Shown one piece after another: positions 21,849 to 30,200 of a stretch of DNA of 64,000 nt (its first letter is position 1; each line of letters begins with the position of its first letter). This stretch comes from an uncultured Bacilli bacterium (GTDB lineage: Bacteria; Bacillota_I; Bacilli_A; RF39; UBA660): the NCBI GenBank assembly GCA_944371905.1, contig CALVYA010000002.1, positions 17,303 through 81,302 of the forward strand. Direction: 5' to 3'. Below the pieces are notes generated by a model. That model did no database searches and was not told the DNA's origin. It saw only the letters and a list, made by a program, of their open reading frames with translations. The position numbers and the translations under genes were made by a program.

Positions 21849-22580
21849 TTATTCTATATAAGCATACATAAATTTTTGAATAGTTAAAGTGGAAGTATCT
21901 AAATCATACATCATAACATTAATATGATAATTTCCTGCCTCTTCAGGGCTAATATTATAATTACCAGTTTCTTTAAAATATATTGAATAATAGCATTGGT
22001 CATTAAATACACTACATTTTAAATTAACGGGTATAATAGTAGATAAATATGAATTCAAATCTTTTTTTGTTAGCCAAATTTGATTATTTTTTATACTATT
22101 CAAAAATTTTTGAGAATCTTCTTTATTTGTAAAAACTATATAATTAGTTACAATTTTAGATGAATCATTTACTACTCTGTAAAATTTACTATTTTTTGGA
22201 ATTTTTTCTTGTATTATTGATTCATAATCTAATATTTCATTATAATTAATTTGGAATGAAGTGATAAATATTAAAGACCCTATTAACAAAAATATACAAC
22301 TTGCAACGATACCAGTTACTATACTATAACCACATTCTATTTCTTTTTGTATATATATCATTCCCAAAATTATAGATAACAATGGAATAGGCAATAAAAG
22401 AAGAAAAATCCAAGAGTATTCAATAATAAAAGGGAAAGCAAACTTTTTTATTTCTAATAAAAACACAATACTTATAATTCCAACGAAAGTCAAAACAAGT
22501 GATAAGATACTTAATATTTTTAAAAATCTCTTAATTATTAATTTATTCATATTATTACAGCTTTTTTTATTCATATACAC
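21849..22580 (-). CDS. membrane protein, P-family paralog 2
   Basis: See 20323..21030. Several in-frame ATGs make the start ambiguous. Confidence 0.7.
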   Translation of the reverse strand: MYMNKKSCNNMNKLIIKRFLKILSILSLVLTFVGIISIVFLLEIKKFAFPFIIEYSWIFLLLLPIPLLSIILGMIYIQKEIECGYSIVTGIVASCIFLLIGSLIFITSFQINYNEILDYESIIQEKIPKNSKFYRVVNDSSKIVTNYIVFTNKEDSQKFLNSIKNNQIWLTKKDLNSYLSTIIPVNLKCSVFNDQCYYSIYFKETGNYNISPEEAGNYHINVMMYDLDTSTLTIQKFMYAYIE

Positions 22581-22590
22581 AGCACCTACA

Positions 22591-22700
22591 GTTTATAAAA
22601 AACAGTATTAACCCAAAAGGTAATACTGCTTCCTTATAAATACTATAACATATAGTAACATAAAATTAAATGTATATCACACTAATTGATTAATAAACAT
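22591..22700. repeat. copy of an RDD-gene 3' end/terminator segment (partner at 25836-25912)
   Basis: gtttataaaaaacagtattaacccaaaaggtaatactgcttccttataaatactataaca... aligns at about 75% with gtttataaagagaatcttaaaccctaaaggtaataccgcttccttatacacattataaca... Confidence 0.6.
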
Positions 22701-22777
22701 TATAAATAAATTTTAGTAAATTTATATATTATAATACAAAAAGTTTGATATAATATATACGTTCGGGAGGTATAGTA

Positions 22778-24070
22778 ATGTTTGAAGTAGAAAAATACCA
22801 AAAAAATTATAATAAAAAAATTGAAATTAAAATAACGTTTGAAGAATACAAAAAAATTAGAGAATATTTTCCATATTATTTCCAAAAACTGTTGATTGTT
22901 ATATCAGCAATTATAATAGTACTTTCTCTCGCGACATTAGTTTCACCTGATCGATTATCTATTGGTGCACTTATTTTAATGGATGTATCTTTTATAATAT
23001 CAACATTTATGATTTTGAAAATAATTGATATTTTTCTTAGAAAACATAGTTATAAAAAACTTACAACTAAATCATTAGATAATATAAATTATACTCTTTA
23101 TTTTTATGATGACTATTTTATAAAAGCCACTGAAAGCATAATACAAAAAATAAAATATAGTTCTATTTGGAAAATTAAAGAAACTAATAGCAACATTTAC
23201 TTATTGATAGATAAAAACAATATTATTCCAATTCAAAAAACTAATTCTAATAACGAAACAATAGAATATATAAAAAATACAATAATAACTAAAAACACTA
23301 ATAAAAAAAGCAAAAAATTTAGATCTACCAAGAATAATTTGGTAAAAGATAACATCCATAATCCAAAAATTGAAAATTTTTTAACCTTATTATTTGTATT
23401 TTCCATTGCCTCAATTTGGATTGGTTTATACCTTTTGGCAATAATAATTGAATTTTTCCATATACCACTACCATTAGCATTTAAATATGGATGGATAGTT
23501 TTAATTGTTTTGCCTATTCCAATATTATCTATTGTTTTAGGAATAATATATAAAAGAAAAAATATAAAATGTACTAAAAATATAGTTGCCGGGTGTATAG
23601 TAAGTATAGTATTATTCTTCATTAGTGCTTTCTCTTTGCTTTTTAATTTTTATTTTAAAACTGATTATGACAATGTACATAGTTATCAAAAAATAATAAA
23701 TGTTAATATTCCTAACAAGGGTATTTTTTACAAAATCAAATGGGATTCAAGTTATTTATTAGAGCATACATCTAATTACATAAGATTCACCAATAAACAA
23801 GACGCTAAAGATTTTTATAATAACATTAAAAATAATGAGATATGGTCTCTAAAAAATAACATTAGTTCTAATCTAAACATTTTAATTCCTACTTCTTTGT
23901 TATGCCAAGCAGAAGATGATCAATGTTACTATTCTATATATATAGATGAAACAACTGATTATAATTCTCTACCAACTAATGATGGTAAATATCATATCAA
24001 AACCATGATGTATGATCCAATTACACGTACTTTAACCATAGAAGAATTTTTATATGAATATCAAAATTAA
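22778..24070 (+). CDS. fusion protein: YcxB-like N-terminal half plus P-family C-terminal half (paralog 3)
   Basis: Residues 1-190 have two TM helices and a YcxB-like pattern (recollection). Residues from about 200 to 430 are collinear with the two P-family proteins. It is the only plus-strand gene in the island. Confidence 0.7.
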   Translation: MFEVEKYQKNYNKKIEIKITFEEYKKIREYFPYYFQKLLIVISAIIIVLSLATLVSPDRLSIGALILMDVSFIISTFMILKIIDIFLRKHSYKKLTTKSLDNINYTLYFYDDYFIKATESIIQKIKYSSIWKIKETNSNIYLLIDKNNIIPIQKTNSNNETIEYIKNTIITKNTNKKSKKFRSTKNNLVKDNIHNPKIENFLTLLFVFSIASIWIGLYLLAIIIEFFHIPLPLAFKYGWIVLIVLPIPILSIVLGIIYKRKNIKCTKNIVAGCIVSIVLFFISAFSLLFNFYFKTDYDNVHSYQKIINVNIPNKGIFYKIKWDSSYLLEHTSNYIRFTNKQDAKDFYNNIKNNEIWSLKNNISSNLNILIPTSLLCQAEDDQCYYSIYIDETTDYNSLPTNDGKYHIKTMMYDPITRTLTIEEFLYEYQN

Positions 24071-24111
24071 ACTAAAAAACAAAAATTTTATCTGAAGTAA
24101 AATTTCAATTT

Positions 24112-24148
24112 ATAACCCCAAAACACTCACAATATGTTTTGGGGTTAT
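24112..24148 (+). terminator. terminator of 22778..24070
   Basis: 13-bp stem ataaccccaaaac/gttttggggttat followed by atatttt. Confidence 0.65.
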
Positions 24149-24226
24149 ATTTTCCAATGAGGTATTAATAAAGGTTAAAAAAGCCCAATTTTATGTTATA
24201 AAATTAAGTTTTTAATTTTAATAATT

Positions 24227-24481
24227 TTAAAGGTTTTGATGAAGTTCTTCTATTATTTTATCTTGATTATATTTTTCTGTATTAAAAGATAGCATAATAA
24301 TTTTTTCACTTAACCAAAAGTCTACTGTAAAATCAATAGTTCCGTCTTCTAAAAATTTACTATAGTCATTATTATTCAGTTTATATAACACTCGGTCTAA
24401 ATCGATATTACCCCTTGTCTCAATAAAATATAAATCAGGTTGAAACAATAATTTTTTTGACAAAGCGTTTTGGTAATTCAA
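24227..24481 (-). pseudogene. 84-codon remnant, probably the 3' part of a decayed immunity-like gene
   Basis: It starts only at a TTG directly after an in-frame stop. Coding-like sequence continues upstream (24482-24700) in other frames, interrupted by stops. Confidence 0.4.
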
Positions 24482-24930
24482 TTACAGTGTCTAAATATAA
24501 ATTGTTTTTTTAATCATTCTTGTAGTATATTTTATCTTATTTTTAATAAATTCTTGAAATATTTCGTTATCTTTTTTTATTCCATCTATTATTACTATGA
24601 CATTTTGAAAATTAAATTGATTTAATATTTTAATTATTTTTGTATAATCAATTTCTATTTTATCAATGCTTATAAAAGATGTTTTTCATTTATTTGATAA
24701 GAGTTTTTTATTTTCATTTTAAACCTTCATATATTCCTGAACTAGCCATTCCAAATGGTATACCCTTAAAAACAAAAGTACATGCATGCAATAATGAGCT
24801 TGAACCTATATTCACTCTAACATTTTATCCTTTTCTAAATAATATTTCAATTTTTTTGGTTCCATCATATTCTGCAAGAATTTGGAATCTTCCATCTCCA
24901 AAATGTTTTTATTTTAATCTCACTTTACAT

Positions 24931-24992
24931 TTAAGATTTATAGTCATATTCATATTCTATAATTTTTAATGTGCATATATCAGGATCGTATG
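24931..24992 (-). pseudogene. truncated copy of the last ~20 codons of P-family paralog 1
   Basis: 24931-24992 is about 90% identical to 20323-20384. It translates to ..YDPDICTLKIIEYEYDYKS*, compared with ..YDPNICTLKIIEYEYDYKS* in paralog 1. Confidence 0.85.
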
Positions 24993-25066
24993 GCGCTATG
25001 ATAATCTTTTATACATCTATTAATTATGTATTCATTAATATTAATATAACACATACCAAAACAAAA

Positions 25067-25093
25067 AGTAGAGTAAAATATTTTATCCCTACT
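25067..25093. terminator. hairpin terminator downstream of the DUF5412-like gene
   Basis: agtag/ctact-based stem flanked by an A-run and a T-run. Confidence 0.45.
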
Positions 25094-25117
25094 TTTTTGT
25101 ATTATTTTATTAAATTT

Positions 25118-25486
25118 TCAATCTTTGCAGGATTTGCAAAATTGATTCTTCTTAATGTTCAATTTTTTATCATTAATTTCAACGATATCGCTATTAATCC
25201 ATTTCATATTTGCTTCTGATTCTCTATATTGCCAATATATGTTTTTCACTTTTTGCGTTTCATTATTGACCAATTCTACTCTTAAAGTATAAGCACATGT
25301 TGCACCACAATCAATTAAATATGCCTTCAAGGTATATTCACCATTTGGAGAATCCACACTTGATAAATAATCCCCCTTTGGTAAATCAGACATATCAAAT
25401 TTAATTCTATACACCAAATAAAATAGTACTAATATAAATAAAATTCCCAAAACTAATTTTTGATATTTTTTAATGTTCACTACCAT
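25118..25486 (-). CDS. DUF5412-like small membrane-anchored protein (orphan immunity candidate)
   Basis: An N-terminal TM helix followed by ...SPNGEYTLKAYL.DCGAT..YTLRVELV......KNIYWQY....A.M.WINSD.V.IN... (family assignment from memory). Its start overlaps the toxin fragment by 17 nt. Confidence 0.55.
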   Translation of the reverse strand: MVVNIKKYQKLVLGILFILVLFYLVYRIKFDMSDLPKGDYLSSVDSPNGEYTLKAYLIDCGATCAYTLRVELVNNETQKVKNIYWQYRESEANMKWINSDIVEINDKKLNIKKNQFCKSCKD

Positions 25487-25800
25487 ATTTTATTGCCTCT
25501 AATCTTACAAAATAGCTATCTCGTGAATCGTCACATGCATATGGGGTCAAATATTTATCTACAGTTTCCAACCCATGAGTCCATAATTGATAAAGTCCTC
25601 CCGCTAAAACTAAAGCGCTTGTTGGATATCCAGCAGCTCTACCAATATATCCAAAATGGAAATTACCAAAAGCTTCTCCAGTCATTACTAATCAGTTATA
25701 AGAATATAGTCCTTGCTATTTCAGAGCTTTTGTTGTTATATTCTCCATCATTAGTCACTTGTTGAATAAAATTACACACATCCGGTAATTCTGTTACATC
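25470..25800 (-). pseudogene. orphan polymorphic-toxin C-terminal domain (Ntox44-like), N-terminally truncated and frame-disrupted
   Basis: The 71-aa ORF contains ...EAFGNFHFGYIGRAAGYP...LAGGLYQ...CDDSRDSYFV..A. A further ~38 coding-like codons (..VKDVTELPDVCNFIQQVTNDGEYNNKSSEIARTIFL*) lie upstream in another frame. There is no RHS core or start context. Confidence 0.55.
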
Positions 25801-25897
25801 TTTGACACTTTATTTATTCATATAAATAACCTTTTGTTTATAAAGAGAATCTTAAACCCTAAAGGTAATACCGCTTCCTTATACACATTATAACACA

Positions 25898-26235
25898 TTA
25901 TTTCACACTGGTATGCATTATTATATCGCCTAAACTTTTATTGTTTATTAAAATCATAAAAATATAAAATGGAATAAGTAATGACGTATAAATTACTCTT
26001 TTAAATGATTTCTTTTTATCTGTTAACCTATTACCAGTTTCATCATATATTTTCAATTTGACAATTTTTTCCCAATACTTTCATAGCCAAAGATAATATC
26101 TTTTACAGCAAATAAACCACACACTAAAATAAATCCAAAAAGTGATAATGCAAATTGAAGTAAGTACCAACAAGGATAAAATATTATATAATAATCAATT
26201 ACCATAGCAATTAATCTTTTTACTTTTATAATCAT
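25898..26235 (-). pseudogene. RDD-family membrane protein gene with a -1 frame break at a homopolymer
   Basis: The 60-aa ORF ends at ...ESIGKKLSN*. The next frame continues KLKIYDETGNRLTDKKKSFKRVIYTSLLIPFYIFMILINNKSLGDIIMHTSVK*. An A7 run instead of A6 (plus-strand T-run at 26065-26070) would fuse them. Confidence 0.6.
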
Positions 26236-26325
26236 AATATAGCTACCATTTTCTAAATGTAATCAAATTATATCGAATGTTATTCTTTAGTTAGTGTATT
26301 ATAAATATAAATTCATTACTGAAAA

Positions 26326-27204
26326 TTATTTCGTTTCGTCTTTTAAAATCCCTTTTTCTTCTGCAATTTTAAATTCTCTTACAAATTTTTCATCTATTTG
26401 ATCAATATCACTCCATCCAATCATTAATCCATTTGCAATTCTTTCAGGTGGATTTTTATATTTTGGATCTTTCATTATTACTTTAGTTTTAAATCTTTTC
26501 GCTTCTCGTTCCGTAATTGATAATATACTCATAACATTCTCTACACGAGTATACCATTTCCCTGCTTTTCCATAGGATCTTGTTGTTTTTAAAAATTTCA
26601 ATTCTTTTATTATACTTAAATCAGGTTCTGCGTTACCCACCCAGTTATAATATGCAATTACATTCTGTTCATTGGAATATTCCCTTGGCAAACTCCCAAT
26701 ATTTGTTTTCGTGACACACAAAACTCTAAACAATACATATTTATTATACCATTTACTATCCTTAACTTTCTCATTGGTTAATTGATATAATACTACGTCT
26801 CCTTTCTCCCATTGAGCTTTGATTAATTTTCTTTTCGATATTTTTTTCTCTGGAGGTTGTGGGGAATTGAGTTTTTCCATTAATTTATTTAATACTTCTT
26901 TTCTTTTTTCGTATTGTTTTTCGTCCTCTTTCCATCTTTCTAAATCTATTTCTTCTTTTATAAGTTTTATTGCTATATCTTTTACTTCGGGTAATAATCT
27001 TCCATATCTCCACTGTGTATCTGCTAACGCAAACCATGATACTGGTCCATCTTCCTCATCATAAAAATAATCTTCATTTCCCTCTATCAATTCTTCTGTC
27101 GCTTCTATATTAGTTTGACCCATTATTTTTAACCTGTTTATATATTCTTCTCTTATATCACACGCTACATCGTCTTGATATAATCCTACTCCCCATGCTC
27201 CCAT
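26326..27204 (-). CDS. cognate immunity candidate, DUF4259-like N-terminus
   Basis: It begins MGAWGVGLYQDDVACD, which matches the DUF4259 signature GxWGxGxxxxDxAxD (recollection). A strong RBS (aaaaggag) lies 14 nt after the RHS stop. Confidence 0.6.
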   Translation of the reverse strand: MGAWGVGLYQDDVACDIREEYINRLKIMGQTNIEATEELIEGNEDYFYDEEDGPVSWFALADTQWRYGRLLPEVKDIAIKLIKEEIDLERWKEDEKQYEKRKEVLNKLMEKLNSPQPPEKKISKRKLIKAQWEKGDVVLYQLTNEKVKDSKWYNKYVLFRVLCVTKTNIGSLPREYSNEQNVIAYYNWVGNAEPDLSIIKELKFLKTTRSYGKAGKWYTRVENVMSILSITEREAKRFKTKVIMKDPKYKNPPERIANGLMIGWSDIDQIDEKFVREFKIAEEKGILKDETK

Positions 27205-27218
27205 TATTCCATCTCCTT

Positions 27219-30200
27219 TTATCTACACGGCACTACATGTTCAGATGACCATATAACGGCACTATCCCAATACAAATCACGTTTTTTATTTCTAGGTGAA
27301 ACTCCGTTTATTTGATTATTTATAGGATTATTTGTATCCTTATTTAAAGTTCTACAACTTTCGATTATCATTTGTTCTAAACCTCTGGCTGTATCTTTTG
27401 AAACATTCATAGCTATTTCGTCTAATTCTAAATGTCTTCGATATGGATTCTGTCGATGTCTATATTTAGTTGCTGGTAAATCAGTAGTTCTTCCCACATA
27501 TTCGATTTTTTGTGTTAACGGATCATATAAAGTATAAACATTATGATTATTAACATCATTATTGCTTTTCTTTTTAGTATTTTTAACGGCCTTTTTTACA
27601 TTCTTGTATGCATTAATTGAACCTTCTACAGCTCCAACCCCTACCAATAATAATGCCGCGCCTACAGCTCCAACCGCTATTGCTCCTGCTATCATACCTA
27701 AAGATGCTGCAACCCCTGTTAATGCTAATGCAACGTCACCACTATAGTCACTAAAAACAATTGGATTATTACTAACATATATATATAAGTTGTAACCAAA
27801 TATATCTTGATTCGCTCCTAATAATCCATCTGCATTAATAAATCTTCTCCACTCTGGATTATAATATCTACTATTTAAGTAATATAACTCTGTTTCTGTA
27901 TCGTAATAATATCCTCTATATCTAAATGGATTTATAATTCCTATGTGGTTAGTATCACTTATTGCGTTTCCTATAGCATCTTTTGTACTTAATAATTTAC
28001 CCCAACTATCATATTCATAACTTACTATTTGTTCATAATTATCATTTAATATTCCTATGATATCTCCTTGTAAGTTTTTAATATAATAATAAATATTATT
28101 ATTGTATTTTAATCCTACTAATTCATCAGTATCATATAAATAATATATGTAATTATTACCCTTTTTTTCATAAATAATTCTATTGTTATTTAAGAAATAT
28201 TCTGTTTCTATTCCATTAATAATTTTGTTGGTTCTAATACCATTAACATCATATTTGTAAGTGATATTTAAATTTTTAGAAGTATCTGTATAAGAATTTA
28301 AACTTCTACCATTTATCCAACTCATTGAAATATTATTTCCAATAGTTAGTGGGTTACCTATATTATCATAAGTAATGCTTGTGCCATTATAACTTGTTAA
28401 TTGATCTTCCCAATTACTGTTCCCATATTGGTACGTATCCGTCTTTATTATAGCGTTTGTAGTTAAGTTTCTAGTAACTTTAGTCCCCAAATTACCAGAA
28501 TTATCATATGTATAAGTTATTTTCTCATCTTTTTCATAATCTTCTTCTTCAATTAGCTCATTATGAACATCATAGCTATATTTTTTAATTAATTCATCAT
28601 TGTAATATACTTCTGTTATATTGTTTAACTTATCATATTTATAACTATATTTATTAGAACCATTCTTAATTTCTTCTATCAAATCATATGTCCTATTACC
28701 ATTACTAATATATTTATAAGTTGTTTGATATTCTTCTCCTAAAGTTTTACTTATTAATCTTCCTAAACTATCATGTTGATAATTTATTTCTTTATTATCT
28801 AAAGTTACTTTTGTTAATAAATCCTCACTATTAAATGTATTTTCTACTGTATTACTGATATTATCTAATCTATATTGCTTCTTAATAATGTTGTCATTTA
28901 TATCGTATTCATAGTTAGTTCTAAAATTATCATACCTATATTCATGAAGCCTTTCTCCAATATCATATGTATATTTTATCTTATGATTATTTGATAGAAT
29001 TTTAGCTAAATTACCATTATTATCATATTTATAATGATAGGTATCGTCCATCTTTTGAATTGTTTTTATTCGTTCAAAATCATCATAATCAAATGATATT
29101 TCATGGTTATTACCATAAGTTGTTTTAGCTAAATTACCATTATTATCTTCATAATCATTAGTGGATAAAGTAATGTTATTACCAATCATTACTTTTTTAG
29201 TATTTAAAAAGTCATCATAAGCAAAATTATATTCTTTCGTGCCTTGAGTAATTTTACTTAATAAATTTTTATCATTATAACTATAAGAAACACTTTTATT
29301 TGAAGTAGTAACTGACGTAATTTGTTTTTGATCATTATATTGATAATTAGTAGTTACTCCATTGGCATTCGTCATTGAAGTAGTTAAACCAGTTACAGAA
29401 TTGGTTTGATATGTGGTTGTATTAAAATTACTATCTGTTACACTAGTAACAAATCTTCCGTCCTCAGTGTAAGTAGCTGTATTTTCTATGAATTCTTCAT
29501 CAGTGGTTTCAAAATAAAATTCATAAGCAGGATCGCTATATCCTGGAAATTCAGTTGCTTCTAGAGTATTACCATTTACTTTTAAGTATTTAATATCGTT
29601 ATCTACTTTAATAGAGTAACTGCCGTTTTCATTTTTTTCTAAATTGAACAAATTGTTTTGATCACTATATATTAGAAAAACTTGATTATCTAAACAAGAT
29701 AAGGAATAATTTGGTAGAGTTGAATAAATAATTTTGAATTTATCTTCTAACTTTTCTAATGTCCAAATGGTATTACTACAAGCATCTGATTCTACCACCA
29801 GAGCTCTACTTCTTGCTTTTATATATTTATTGGTTCCTTTGCTTCTAATTCTATAGGTACCATTTCCTAATTCATTAACTGATTTTTTAGACATTCTAGT
29901 TAAAACTGGATTACCAAAAGAATCATATTGTATTTGATTGGATATGCCATAGGATGATATAGTGCTTAATACTCGATCCGTCTTAATGTTATCATACTCA
30001 AATTTAAAATTCTTTCCTTTAGGGTTTGTAGCATTAATTAATTGATTATTATTATCATAACCAAACATATTGCTATTATCTTTAAAAGAATCTTTCACAT
30101 TCGTTATATTACCACTTTCATCATAAATATAATTGCTATTAGCTAAATCCTTATAAAAAGTTAAGTTAGTAATATAAAAGTTATTAGCTTCTCTTCCTTG

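Noticed and set aside
22700-22885. Minus-strand 61-aa ORF overlapping the start of 22778..24070.
   Set aside because: It lies in a promoter/5' region. It is Phe/Ile/Tyr-rich junk translation with no RBS.
24679-25219. Plus-strand ORFs 24679..24969 and 24971..25219.
   Set aside because: They overlap pseudogene debris, the truncated P-family relic and a terminator. They have a hydrophobic low-complexity composition and no RBS.
18100-27200. CRISPR array or other regularly spaced short repeats in the AT-rich island.
   Set aside because: The only repeats are a 730-bp tandem gene duplication and scattered cassette fragments. There is no repeat-spacer periodicity and there are no cas genes.
27562-27747. 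Plus-strand 61-aa ORF rich in Ala, Pro and Thr.
   Set aside because: It is the mirror image of the Gly/Ala-rich hydrophobic segment of the RHS gene. It is an antisense artefact of the local GC-rich codons.
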